A DNA stretch of 63,899 bases, filler included, from Octopus bimaculoides (GCF_001194135.2; 5 parts of 4 records of this genome joined end to end with filler, not necessarily neighbours in it); one strand, 5' to 3'. Counted from the whole stretch's first letter, positions 48,770-62,174 are shown. Notes: generated by a model not told the origin, from the letters alone. Numbers and translations are program-made.

Positions 48770-48879
48770 ACACACACATACACAAGTGCAGCTGTTCTGT
48801 ATATGTATACTTCTACCTTTAATGTGTGTCACTACCTGTTGGCTCTGTGTACAGACATAAAGTCTAACACTCCTCAAGA

Positions 48880-49670
48880 GAGCTACCTGGGCATTTGAGA
48901 GAGTTTAAGTCCTGCGTGCTCTTAGTACTTATTGTTCCTGCGCATTGCCACACATCAAAGCGACCTTATCTGATAACCTACCCATCATTCCACTGCATCT
49001 CTTATGCATCCATAGCTCACACTTGGTGCCGCAAATGGAATTACGTTCCACTCCCTTCCATTTACCAGCCAGAATGAGAGTCTTATCTCCTTTCTCGCTA
49101 ACAACAAATTTAGTTTTAGCTAAGTTAACTTTAAGGCCCTTTGATTCCAGGTTTTGCTTCTAAACCTGGAACTTCTCCAATTCTGCTTCAGATACTGTAA
49201 TAAGAGCAAGAACATCAGCATATAGCTGTTCCTATGGGCATCCAATTTTGAATTCATCTGTTATGGCCTGGAGAACTTTGATGAATAAGAGTGGACTAAG
49301 GACTGATCCTTGGTGTACTCCAACTTGTAAGTTAAATTCATCACTGTACTCAAGGCCAACTCTCACCTTACCATCAGCACCGCTGTACATGGCTTGAACA
49401 GCTCTAACAAGCTACTCCTCTACTTCTATATTCCTTATAGACCACCAAGTAAGAGAGTGGGGAACCCTGTCGAAAGCTTTCTCCAGGTCAACAAAGGCAA
49501 AGTACAATGGCTTACTTCTTGCCAAATACTTTTCTTGCAACTGTCTCACTTTGAAGATGGCATTTGTGGTACTTTTCACTGGAACAAAACCAAACTGCAT
49601 CTCATCTAGTTTAATTTTATCCCTAACTAGTTAAGATATAACTCTCTCTGTAATTTTCATGACCTGTAAA
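48880..49670 (-). mobile_element. Degenerate RTE (BovB-like) LINE reverse-transcriptase fragment
   Basis: QFGFVPVKSTTNAIFKVRQLQEKYLARSKPLYFAFVDLEKAFDRVP, GVHQGSVLSPLLFI, LYAD, GLKVNLAKTK, with stops and frameshifts. Lies in a CC2D1 intron. Confidence 0.85.
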
Positions 49671-51139
49671 GCAGGTAGATGAATATGACGCCATTATATC
49701 AAATAATTCATTAGATACTTGAGAAAAAAGCCAACTCAATTAAAAAAAAAAGGGAAAAACTTATCTGTAATAGATCATAACAGAAATAAAGTTAACATAA
49801 AAAAAATTTATGGTCAAAGAGAGATAAATCTAGCAAAATAATATAAATTTTTTTAGAATCTAAATAATTCACTCAATGTGACTAATCCCATCAAATCATT
49901 ATATTGATTTTAAATTAAAATATTTTAGAGACAATTAAAGGATATGTAATCAGGATAATTAAGAAATTTTAACCAATATATAAATAATACTTAATCATAT
50001 CAAAGGGAAATGGAAATTAATAAAAATTTTCACCTCCAAGTGGCCTAGCGTATAAAAGTTTAGTCCGAAGACTATGAATTACTCATAAGGTACAGTGTAT
50101 ATTTAAATACATAAGAGGAATCCACTCATGGGATTCCTTACGCTAGAAAGAACAGCTAAGTTCCAGAATCACAAAAATTGGGGATAAAATTCCGAAGGGA
50201 ATGAAATGAAGCAAATTATGCTAAAATAAAGTCAGAAACCAATTGGTCCAGGCGAACAGATGGTAAAAAGTTTTTATTTTTTCATTTCGTTTCCTTCGGA
50301 ATNNNNNNNNNNNNNNNNNNNNNNNNNNNNNNNNNNNNNNNNNNNNNNNNNNNNNNNNNNNNNNNNNNNNNNNNNNNNNNNNNNNNNNNNNNNNNNNNNN
50401 NNNNNNNNNNNNNNNNNNNNNNNNNNNNNNNNNNNNNNNNNNNNNNNNNNNNNNNNNNNNNNNNNNNNNNNNNNNNNNNNNNNNNNNNNNNNNNNNNNNN
50501 NNNNNNNNNNNNNNNNNNNNNNNNNNNNNNNNNNNNNNNNNNNNNNNNNNNNNNNNNNNNNNNNNNNNNNNNNNNNNNNNNNNNNNNNNNNNNNNNNNNN
50601 NNNNNNNNNNNNNNNNNNNNNNNNNNNNNNNNNNNNNNNNNNNNNNNNNNNNNNNNNNNNNNNNNNNNNNNNNNNNNNNNNNNNNNNNNNNNNNNNNNNN
50701 NNNNNNNNNNNNNNNNNNNNNNNNNNNNNNNNNNNNNNNNNNNNNNNNNNNNNNNNNNNNNNNNNNNNNNNNNNNNNNNNNNNNNNNNNNNNNNNNNNNN
50801 NNNNNNNNNNNNNNNNNNNNNNNNNNNNNNNNNNNNNNNNNATATATATATATATATATATAATTAAGATTCAGTAGAATTAGGTACTTAAATTGGGCAC
50901 CTTGCTAGTTCGGTATAATCTGCACACCCTAAGAATATTATTTATATATTGAATATCAAGACAATGTGTAGGGATATTTGTACCCAATATTCCTGTCATG
51001 TGTAGACAATGCAACCCAGCTAAGTGAAGATATATGCTCTTGGTAATTCAGACGTACTTTTTTTAAAGGTGCTTTCTATAGTATTTCCAAAGTGCAGATT
51101 CCAAGTTAGATGAACAGAATATAAATAAGTAGCAAATAT

Positions 51140-51805
51140 ATGCATGTGTCAATTCATTATGGCCATTTAAAGCGGATACATTTAATTATTGTAAACATTA
51201 CATTTTGAAAGAAACCATTCTCATCAGGTGACTGCATAGATATCAAACATAAAGGATAAACCATTTTTTAACAAATTTACATCAGTAATGGAAACAAAAA
51301 TATTTACATTGTTTCCTTTTTATATCTGTGGCAGACTGAGTTTAGAAAATAAGGCATACTTTGTTCAGTCTACTATAATTTAGAGAGTAACAGAGGAAAT
51401 AGTGGGGGGTCATGATAGAAGGATTGGTGACAAGTTATATATATATATTTAGAAGACTTTTTTCTAGTATGTAGTCTTCAACCATTTAGAATTAAATCCA
51501 TTGTGAGTTGTCAACTGTATTCTAGTTAATAGGGATAACTCAATTAATGTCAGACAATCTACTAGACTCCCTAGGTATGCATTATTTTCTAAACTCACTC
51601 TGCCACAGATATAACAAAAGGAAACAATATAAGTATTTTGGTTTCCATTATTGATGTAAATTTGTTAAGAAACGGTCTATCCTTTATGTTTGAAGTCTAT
51701 GCGGTCACCTGACAAGCATGGTTTCTTTCAAATTGATGTCATGTTTACATTAATCAATTAAATGGAACCACTTGATACAGCCGTAATGAATTGACACTTG
51801 TACAT
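51140..51805. repeat. Fold-back inverted repeat (~220-bp arms, ~215-bp spacer) in a CC2D1 intron
   Basis: 51140-51360 and 51575-51805 align as reverse complements (e.g. TTTGAAAGAAACCAT, TCAAACATAAAGGATA, TATATCTGTGGCAGA, GAGTTTAGAAAATAA). Confidence 0.85.
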
Positions 51806-52830
51806 CTTTGTTACTTATATATATATATATATNNNNNNNNNNNNNNNNNNNNNNNNNNNNNNNNNNNNNNNNNNNNNNNNNNNNNNNNNNNNNNNNNNNN
51901 NNNNNNNNNNNNNNNNNNNNNNNNNNNNNNNNNNNNNNNNNNNNNNNNNNNNNNNNNNNNNNNNNNNNNNNNNNNNNNNNNNNNNNNNNNNNNNNNNNNN
52001 NNNNNNNNNNNNNNNNNNNNNNNNNNNNNNNNNNNNNNNNNNNNNNNNNNNNNNNNNNNNNNNNNNNNNNNNNNNNNNNNNNNNNNNNNNNNNNNNNNNN
52101 NNNNNNNNNNNNNNNNNNNNNNNNNNNNNNNNNNNNNNNNNNNNNNNNNNNNNNNNNNNNNNNNNNNNNNNNNNNNNNNNNNNNNNNNNNNNNNNNNNNN
52201 NNNNNNNNNNNNNNNNNNNNNNNNNNNNNNNNNNNNNNNNNNNNNNNNNNNNNNNNNNNNNNNNNNNNNNNNNNNNNNNNNNNNNNNNNNNNNNNNNNNN
52301 NNNNNNNNNNNNNNNNNNNNNNNNNNNNNNNNNNNNNNNNNNNNNNNNNNNNNNNNNNNNNNNNNNNNNNNNNNNNNNNNNNNNNNNNNNNNNNNNNNNN
52401 NNNNNNNNNNNNNNNNNNNNNNNNNNNNNNNNNNNNNNNNNNNNNNNNNNNNNNNNNNNNNNNNNNNNNNNNNNNNNNNNNNNNNNNNNNNNNNNNNNNN
52501 NNNNNNNNNNNNNNNNNNNNNNNNNNNNNNNNNNNNNNNNNNNNNNNNNNNNNNNNNNNNNNNNNNNNNNNNNNNNNNNNNNNNNNNNNNNNNNNNNNNN
52601 NNNNNNNNNNNNNNNNNNNNNNNNNNNNNNNNNNNNNNNNNNNNNNNNNNNNNNNNNNNNNNNNNNNNNNNNNNNNNNNNNNNNNNNNNNNNNNNNNNNN
52701 NNNNNNNNNNNNNNNNNNNNNNNNNNNNNNNNNNNNNNNNNNNNNNNNNNNNNNNNNNNNNNNNNTATATATATATATATATATATATTTAACATATACA
52801 CACATAAATCTATATTATGTTATGTTACAG

Positions 52831-52955
52831 CCTATATTGCACACATAGAGAATGACATGAAATCTTATGCTGTTGAAGCTCAAGTTTTAGCCAAGAAAGG
52901 AGACATACAGAAGGCACATGTTATGATGACAAAGAAGAAACTTGTTGAGAAAGAG
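52831..52955 (+). CDS. CC2D1A: CC2D1A/B-like, penultimate coding exon (AYIAHIENDMKSYAVEAQVLAKKGDIQKAHVMMTKKKLVEKE)
   Basis: Acceptor atgttacag|CC and strong donor GAG|gtaagt. 125 nt, phase 1 to phase 0. Resembles the recalled human CC2D1A tail EYAAQLERQLQFYTEAARRLGNDGSRDAAKEALYRRNLVESE. Confidence 0.8.
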
Positions 52956-53059
52956 GTAAGTTTAGATATGTTTTTAACTGTGAATTATATTTATTTTTAC
53001 ACCAGCTACAGAACATGTCCGGGTGGTTTGTGTGTACTCTTCTGATTTTCATTCCACCA

Positions 53060-53710
53060 CCATTTACCACTGGAAATACTCTCTTAGGACTGTCACTATC
53101 AATGTTGTGATGCAAAGTAGACCTGAGGAGATCATAGAGGTGTTTGAACAGAGGCAAGTAGATATATGCTGTGTGCAAGAGATAGGATGGAAAGGAACCT
53201 CAAGTAGACTCCTCATGGGCAAAGAACACAGCTGCAGATTCTTTTGAGTAACAGCTGGGGTGCATGGAGTGGACATTTTGTTAGTAGAGAAATGGAGAGA
53301 TAAATTAACGAGGTTGTCAGAATATGTGACAGTATAATTAAGCTTAGACTAGTCATGGGCAGCATAGCAACATTAATTGTCTCTGTATTTGAACAACAAT
53401 CATGACTGACTGAGAAGCGAATGGACCATTTCTGTAAGACCCTTTTTTCAAACTAGCTTGGTAACAGATGACAGTGACCTTGTTATTATGGTTGATGACC
53501 TTAATAGGTATGTAAGGTAACACTATAATGACTACTTCATTATACAGGGTGGCTTATGGATATGGTGAATGGAATGTGGAAATATCAGTCTTTGGAGTTC
53601 TGTGATGCAAATGATGTAATCATTTTAAACACAAATTGCAGTAAATTGGTTTGCCATCTAGTTACTTACAAATCAGGTGAACAAATAAAGTAGATAGACT
53701 AAATGTTCCT
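53060..53710 (+). mobile_element. Degenerate RTE LINE APE-endonuclease fragment
   Basis: LRTVTINV...RQVDICCVQEIGWKG...GVHGVDILL, then decayed GDLNG/YG.WN-like and FCDAND segments, with stops and frameshifts. Confidence 0.75.
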
Positions 53711-54109
53711 TGACCTCAGGTTATGAGTTCAAATCCTATTGATGTTGAATCACTATTTTGTTTTTATTGTGAGCTAATCAACACCAGTAATATAATAGGG
53801 CCAATTAAAATAACTATATTGCAGTTAGCCTGCTGTGCAATTTGATCTTGCATATAAAAAAAAGAAGCAAAAGATAATGACAGTAATTTCTAACTTTAGA
53901 AGAATGCCATGGATTTTGGATGGGAAGTGTAGTTGACTGAATTGACCACACTTCAATACTTGAGTGGAATTAATTTTTTTCAACTCCAGAAAGATGAAAG
54001 TCAAAGTTGACTCCAACATGATTTGAACTGTAAACATTAAGGAATATAATTAAACAGTAGTACAAAACATTTTGTTCCTAATTCTCTTATCCACCACCTT
54101 AAACATGTG

Positions 54110-54490
54110 CCAAGCAAGGTACATGGCAGTGATCAGGCCACAATTGTCTTAGATATGCATGTTCAAATTGACAAAGAAATCAAAGCTAATTTCCCAGACA
54201 TAATAATCAAGGATTGTAAAAATAAACATCTGCTTACTAATAGATATTGACAGTTTATCCACTTCTTTTTGGGCAGTATTTTGGTCAGAAGGGGCTGCAA
54301 AGTACAAAGATCTTGAAATTGAAGTATTCAAGATGTGGGCCATGAAGATAAAAACAATACCAGTAATAAGTGCAGTTGTGTGTATGATAAAAAAAATGTA
54401 AGAACAAAAATGTAGAAGCCATACCTGGACCCTCAGTACTACACACTGTCCCCAAAATAGCCCTCCTAGGAACATCCTGTGCAAGACACT
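54110..54490 (+). mobile_element. R4/Dong-clade LINE restriction-like endonuclease (REL) fragment
   Basis: DMHVQIDKEIKANFPDIIIKD...LIDI...KYKDLEIEVFKMWAMKIKTIPVI matches the R4/Dong PD-(D/E)xK REL motif pattern; frameshifted. Confidence 0.75.
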
Positions 54491-54877
54491 ATCAATTCAA
54501 TAGCACAACCCAAATAAAACAATCCACAAACATAAGACACATTCTATACAGTAAATATTCAATAAAATAAATAACTCCCACAACTTCCATTACACACACA
54601 GCTTACAATACAAACGCTAATGCAACAAAAGACCCAAGCCAAGCCCCATAACAAAACAAACTGATGCAATACAGTGTTGGGAAGAGTCTGCACTCCTTCA
54701 ACACCAACAAAGACAAGAACACTCACAGCTTCACACACCTCAGCAACACAGAGATGTAGCAGGTGGTGTGGTAGAATTTGCCTGAAACTATCAAATATTG
54801 AATAATAACAATACTAATAATTGTAATGATGATGATAATAATAATAATAATAATGGTATAATTTTTCTCTTTTTCAG

Positions 54878-54913
54878 ATTGCTGCTCTAAAAAGTCGTAT
54901 CCCTGATGTTTAG
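54878..54913 (+). CDS. CC2D1A: CC2D1A/B-like, terminal coding exon (IAALKSRIPDV*)
   Basis: Strong polypyrimidine acceptor atttttctctttttcag|ATT, phase 0, short peptide to TAG. Matches the short terminal segment (LQRLRR* in human) expected after LVE(K/S)E. Confidence 0.68.
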   Translation: MAALKSRIPDV

Positions 54914-55010
54914 CTGTGATTTCAAACAACTGTTGTTATATAAACAGTGATAACTACATTAATTGATGACTTGCACTTTATATATCAGCTTCTGGAGCTA
55001 GCTACTGATA

Positions 55011-55068
<58 letters not shown>

Positions 55069-55204
55069 NNNNNNNNNNNNNNNNNNNNNNNNNNNNNNNN
55101 NNNNNNNNNNNNNNNNNNNNNNNNNNNNNNNNNNNNNNNNNNNNNNNNNNNNNNNNNNNNNNNNNNNNNNNNNNNNNNNNNNNNNNNNNNNNNNNNNNNN
55201 NNNN

Positions 55205-55245
<41 letters not shown>

Positions 55246-55684
55246 TACCTGTGTATCTCACATAAATATCTAATTTAATATTATATATTTTCTTAGTTTC
55301 CTGTTGTTGTTTTTAGTTGAATTATTTTTATTATTATTATTTTAACTTCAGTTATGTTGGTTTTTATGTTAAACCCTCACTCACTCTATCACCCATCCAC
55401 CCATGATAAAGTGAGGTGGTGGTGGTGGTAATGGTGTGGGTTTAATAACTAATAAAATATACTAACATTAACTCCATTAAACGAATTTCTCTTAAAACGA
55501 AGGGGAAAAAATCACACAAAGAACTCAATATCACACCTTTGCACCTTCTTTTGACAGAGAACTATTTTTTGATATTTTCGAATGAAGACATCTTAAGAGC
55601 TATTTAATAGGTTGCTTTGGTTTTCTTTTTAATTTGCATTATTGTTGTTTTTATTATTATGATTATTATTATTATTATTATAAT

Positions 55685-55898
55685 AAAGGTGGCAAGCTGA
55701 CAAAATCATTAATATGCTGGGGAAAATACTTCGTGGCGTTTCATCTGTCTTTACATCGTGAGTTCAAATTCTGCCAAGGTTGACTTTACCTTTCATCCTT
55801 TTGAGGTTGGTAAAATAAGTACCAGTTGAGCACTGAAGTCGATGTAATCAACTTTCACCCTCCCATGAAATTGTTGACCTTGTGCCAAAATTTGAAAC

Positions 55899-55943
<45 letters not shown>

Positions 55944-57299
55944 GACTGGCAGAATCGTTAGCATACTGAACAAAATGCTTAGTGGCATTTATTCTGGCTT
56001 TATGTTCTGAGTTCAAATAACCTCTGAGGTCAACTTTGCCTTTCATCTTTTCAAGGTCAGTAAAATAAGTACCAGTTGAACATGAGGTTCATGAAATCAA
56101 CAACCCCGTCTCCCACCCAAAACTTCAAGCTTTATGCCTATAGTAGAAAGGATTATTATTACTATTATTATTAAGATGGCAAGGTGGCAGACTCATTAGC
56201 ATGTCAGACTTAACCTATTGCAGTTCATCCATCTTCACACTCTGAGTTCAAATTCTGCCGGGTTTGATAAAATAAGTACCAGTTGAACACTGGGGTCAAT
56301 TTAATTGACTTAGCTCCTCCACAAAGCTGCTGGCCTTGTTCCAAAAATTGAAGCCAATATTAATATTATTAAGGTAGCTAGCTCACAGAATCATTAGTGT
56401 GTCAGAGAAAATGCTTAGCAACATTTCTTCTGACTCTTTACATTCTGAGTTAAATCATGCTGGTGTCAACTTTGCCTTAAATCCTTTCAGGGTTGATAAA
56501 ATAGAGCACCCGTCAAGTACTGGGTCACTGATATCAATTGTCCACCTCCCACTAAAATTGTTGGCCTTGTGCCAAATAGTAAAACCATTATTATTATAAT
56601 TTTTATTATTGTTTTATTATCATTATTATTATTAATAACAAGGTGGCAAGAAAGCAGAATTGTTAGCATGGTGGGCAAAATGCTTAGCGGCATTTCATCT
56701 GTCATTATGTTCTGAGTTCTAATTCCGCTAAGGTTGACTTTACCTTTCATCCTTTCGGGGTCGATAAAATAAGTACTAGTTGAGTACGGAGTCTATGTAA
56801 TCAATTTATCCCCTCTCCCAGAATTGTTGACCATTTACCAAAATTTGAAATCATTATTATTATTAATTTCTTTCTTTTGTTTTTTTCTGCACAATTGCTT
56901 GTCTCATGGCAAGAGAAAGTAAGTTATGAATTACTTTCAGATGCTTGAGTTGCCTCCTTCCATACTGCTTTGGAAGAATCATTACAGCCTTGGACAAAAT
57001 GCCATATAGTATTTCTTCCAGATCTTAGACATACTGGTTTCAAATTGCACCATGGTCAATTTAACCTTTTAACTTTTTGAGATTGTTAAAATAAAGTGTC
57101 AGTCAAGTACTAGCTCCTGGGGTCAATGGCATTGATTAAGCACTTTCTTAAAAACTGCTAGCCTTGATGCCTATATCAGAAACTATTATTATTTTCAGGG
57201 TCAATAAAATAAATACCAGTTAGGTGGTGGTGGAGTGTTCAATGTAATTGACTTCTCCCTACTTTTAAAATGACTGACTTTGTGCCAAAATTAGAAAGA

Positions 57300-57332
<33 letters not shown>

Positions 57333-57427
57333 TTTTTTTTTCACAGAGTCACTAAAATAAAGTACTAGTTAAGTGCTGGGGTTGATGTATTCAACTAACC
57401 CTCTACTCTTCCTTTAAAGTTGCCAAA

Positions 57428-57468
<41 letters not shown>

Positions 57469-58780
57469 GAAGGTGGAGAAATGGGTAGAATCGCTAACGA
57501 GCCAGGCAAAATGCTTGGCAGCATTATTTGTCTGTCTTCATGGTTTAAGTTCAAATTCTGCCAAGGTCAACTTTGTCTTTCTTCTTTCTGGGGTTAATAA
57601 AAAAAGTACCAGTTGAGTATTGGGGGCGATTTAATAAACTAGCCCCCTTCCCACTAAAATATCAGGCCTTGTGCCTATAGTGGAAAGAATTATTATATCA
57701 GTGTTCTTGGCTCATTTTATGAGCTCAAACCCCATCTAAGTTCTTCTTTTCATTCCCCTGGGGTCAACAAAATAAAGCACCACCTGTCATCAATGGTATT
57801 TCCTTAATTACAAATCTTATGCCTAAATTAAAAATTATCATTGTTAGCGCAGTAGATGCAGAATAATGCCAGGTGATATTTTATCCAGCTCTTTGTTTTG
57901 AGTTCAAATCCTGCTATGGCCAACTTCACTTTTCATCCTTTTGGAGTCTGTAATTATCAGTTAGGTACTGTATACAATATAGTCATACAAAATTTCTAGT
58001 TTTGTGCCTGTACAAGAAACTATTATTATTATCATTATTAAGGTGATGGATTGACAGAATTATCAGAGTGTTGTATGAAATGCCTTGTATTTTTTCAGGC
58101 TAATTAATGTTCTGAGTTCAAATTCCACTGAGGTCAACTTTGCTTTCCATCCCTTTGGGGTTGATAAAATTAAGCATTAGTCAAATACTAAGGTCGATGT
58201 AACTGATTAACCCCACTGATTAAAATTGCTGGCCTTTGTGTCAAAACTTGAAACTATTATTATGATAATTATTTTTATTATTTTATTATTGTGGAGAATG
58301 GTAAACTCAGTAGAGCATTCAATAAATTGTCTTTCACAGCATTTAGTTGCATCTCTTTTACATTTTGAATTCAAATCTTGCTGGGATGGGGTACCACTTT
58401 ACCTTTCATCCTTCCAGTTAACAAAGACAGTAGGTGCAGGATTGAGTAGAGCAACAACTGGGATTGCCTTGTATTTATTTTACATTCAGCATTTATTCTC
58501 ATGCTGAGGTTGACTTCACCATTTATCTTTCTGAGGAATCAATAAAATAAGTAACTATCACATGGTGTTGATTCTCTCAACTGTTCTTGGTCCTTCTGCC
58601 TTCAGAAACCAAGGTAGCTGTGAATTGGCAGAAATGGTAGAGAGTAGGACTAAATGCCTTATTATATTTAGTTATGTTCCTTTATACTTTGAGTCCAAAA
58701 CAAGTCAAGGTTGTGCGTCAATTTAGCCAACTTCCGTTTTCTAAAGTTTGTGGCCTTGTGCTAAAGTCAAAGATTTTAAT
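55685..58780. mobile_element. Dense array of degenerate SINE family A copies separated by (ATT)n
   Basis: Roughly a dozen or more copies of gagttcaaat..gcc.aggt..actt..cctttcatcc...ataaaataagtaccagt, almost all on the plus strand. Confidence 0.8.
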
Positions 58781-59302
58781 TAACATAATCTTAAAATGCT
58801 AATGCAAAGTAAAAAAATACTTTTTTAACTTGAAAGAAAACACAAGATTGTAATAATTTCACTGAGCTTGTTAATTGTGATTAAAAGATAATTTGTTGCT
58901 TAATCTGTTTTAATTTGTCTAATTTGTCTGTCTGTGTTGGTCTGTCTGCATTAATGTTTTTTAATAATCCAGTTTTAATCCACATCAGGATACTTCTTAA
59001 CCTTTTTAGTCATTTAAAAAAAAAATCACATGGATCAATGTTGCCAGTGTTCATGTTCAGTTTTGATCACAGTAAACAAATGAAACATAGGTATAGGCAT
59101 GGTTGTGTGGTTAAGGAGTTTGTTTCTCAACTATGTGGTTTTGGGTTCAATTTCACTGCATGGCACCTTGGGAAAGTGTCTTTTACTACAGCCCCAGTCC
59201 AACCAAAGCCTTGTGGGTGAGTTTAACTGAAAGAAGCCTGTCATGTGTGCGTATGTATATATATATGTATATACACACACACGCACATATACATACACAT
59301 GT

Positions 59303-59345
<43 letters not shown>

Positions 59346-59449
59346 CACATACAGACACACACACTCATGTATGTATATATTATGTTGAGTGAAACTTTTT
59401 GCTATATTTTGGTAATTATTTGCTTTATTTGTCGTGTACAACAAAAAAA

Positions 59450-59545
59450 GAGCTAGCATTCAAAGTAGAGGTCATTATGTTGCACCGTCTGAAGCCATCT
59501 TTCTGCCAGTTCTTTGATCCCATGCCGATGCTGTACTTTGTATAT
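59450..59545 (-). mobile_element. mariner transposase extreme C-terminal relic
   Basis: HRHGIKELAERWLQTVQHNDLYFEC* resembles the GI..L.ERW.KVV...G.YFE mariner terminus. Confidence 0.5.
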
Positions 59546-60789
59546 TAGGCTGCTTTTGTTGTAACTTAACAAATAAAGCAAGTAAGTCACCAAAATATTG
59601 CAAAACTTTAACATATGTATGTGGTGGTGGGAGTGAGTAGGATTTTATTGAATGTTCACTTGCAGTAGATTCTTCTAAAGATTTTCATTGTGTAAAGTAT
59701 TCAAACTTTGCTGCTTCATCACTGTTGTCTTTGACCATTTGCCAGCATCTAATGTTTAATCTAAGGATAGAAACTGCCAGTTATTCAATGTTGAACAAGA
59801 CAAACATTGACATTCCATATTTGGGATCTAAAACTTTATTGAAACAAAAACATAAATGGCTACTAATGAGAAATAAATTTAATTTTAATTTTGTTTTGTG
59901 GCAAGGAAACAAAAACAGGAATTTATCAAAATGTTTAAATGTGTCACAAATTTTGGTTAAATATTTAAATGTCTGAGATGAGATATTAAGTAGCCTATAA
60001 TTATAATAGCTATTAATTAACTTCATATTTTGATATGAAAGCCTTTTCGGTATTTATATATATGCTGTTTCATTCAGAGAGCAAACACTTCCATACCTGG
60101 TTTCAAAATAAATATTGAAAATATTTTTATCTCTAAAGATTATGTTAATTGTCCAGAAAATCATTATAATCTTTAGTTTTATTCCCCAAGGATATGAGTT
60201 CAAGTCTCACTGAACAGATACTCACTCTCTCTAAGTCACACAAACACACATTTTCCAAATGTAGGGTTAACCAAAATATTTAAGATGAAAGACTACCAAA
60301 ACTTGGGATGGTGGAATTGCAAGCAACACAAATAACCACCACTACTGTTCCAATCATCTGCCCAGTCAAAACATCAAGACATTATCATCATAGTTCTCTG
60401 CTGAGTACTTTCTGTCCTTATATTATCCCTGATAAACAACACCAACACAGAGCCACCACTACAACTACATATCTAAACACAAACAATACTCAATGATAAC
60501 ATGCACAGCTACCACTCCATACATAAATATCTAGAAACAAACAGAGCAGTTTGCAATAAGAGTACCTGTAAAATATACATCAACTACTCAAGAGGCTCAT
60601 AGAAATAACAGCTTCTGTTTCCTAAGTGAACCAAATTACTAGTGGAGGAGGGTGTGCTGAAAGCATAGTGTCCAGAATAAGAATGAGATGGAGTTGTCAC
60701 CTCTACAAGCAACAAAGTGATTTTCTCTGCAAGTGAATGGCAAAGTGTATGATATTTTTGTACAAAGGACAAAGTTGCATGATAGCCCT

Positions 60790-61620
60790 TTCTTCCTTTC
60801 AGGTTCATAATGTTAGGACTGCCACCATAGATATCAGCGCAGTCAAAGGTAGGTTAGGAGAGATTGCTGAACTGAAGGTAAGTGGCTGTGTGCTGTACTG
60901 ATGAGTAAAATGGAGGGGAGCTTCATCCAAACTCCTCACAAGCAAAGAACAAAGATATAAATTCTAGATGGCTAGCAGTGTTGGGATGAATGGAGTTCAT
61001 GTGTTATTAGAGAGTGGGATTGTTAAAGTAACTGGGGTTGAATGTATATTCAACCTTAGTTACTTGAATAAGTTAAGATTGGGCCAATCATAGACAAAAC
61101 AACATTGACAATTATCTTCATATATATACCACAAATAGGGCTGACAAAGGAAGAGGACTGCTTTTATAAGCTGTCCTCTTTATATGAATAAATATATCCT
61201 ACCAAGCCTACATTTTTTTGCATTCTTTGATCTCCTCTCTCCACCTCCATTTATTTGTTACTCATCTTCTGCATCTCTTGTCCATCACTGGGCTGCATAC
61301 ATAGACTGTAATGGACCATCCTCATCACACTAATTTTTTTCACTCATTGCTACATCTATGTATAAGAGAGTGTACCAAGCCATTTGGACCTAGTTCAGTC
61401 TAACTTCACCTTTACTGTACTGCCAGCCATCACTCTTTCCTGTCACCCATCACCTCATGCCCTTGTCATCTGTCAGGTGAACACACAAGCCAGATACTCT
61501 TTATTCTTACCAGGAGATATGATAGAGAGACGGTTGTGAATGCTAAGTTTTTTCCTTGGTAAGGAATGTACTACCTAACATAGGTAAGTGATTAGTGACT
61601 TCAGAGTAAAAGCCAGATAG
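60790..61620. mobile_element. Highly degenerate, rearranged RTE APE-endonuclease fragments
   Basis: Plus-strand pieces VRTATIDISAVKGRLGEIAE and ILTRRYDRETVVNAKFFLGKECTT*HR*VISDFR. A minus-strand piece near 61280-61330 resembles the YAPQ region. Confidence 0.5.
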
Positions 61621-62142
61621 AATCAAAGGCAAAAGACAATCTGGAAAAGGAAGACTAAAACAAAAAATAGATACTCTTGGTCAGTCATAGGTTAAGAGAG
61701 GTTCAAGTTGATGGTTATAAGTGGGAGGGTTATAAAGACTTATGACATACAGGGGAAATTGACTTATGACATACACGATAACATATTGCTGGGGCCAAGG
61801 TTTCAGCAGATGGAAGATGAAGTAGAGTTGGAAGAGTAGATAGAGTTATAAAAGCTAAAATACAGGATTGTGTATGTATGCACACATACAAACTTGAATG
61901 TTAAAATAATACTATTATTTCAAAGCACTTTCAAAAGTTGCAACTGAGCATTTACTGCAAGTGTGACTTTATACTGAGAGTAGAGTCAAATTTTGAAGTT
62001 CCATTCAAGTTGACCTTCAAAATATATACCTATATATTCATATATATAGGTATGGTTCTGGGTTCAGTCTCACTGCATGGCACCTTGAGCAAGTGTTTTC
62101 TACTATAGCCCCAGGCCAACTAAAACCTTGTGAGTGGATTTG

Positions 62143-62174
<32 letters not shown>

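Noticed and set aside
55685-58780. Regularly recurring repeat units superficially like a CRISPR array
   Set aside because: The units are ~150-200-bp diverged SINE copies in a eukaryotic genome, with no constant short repeat or cas genes.
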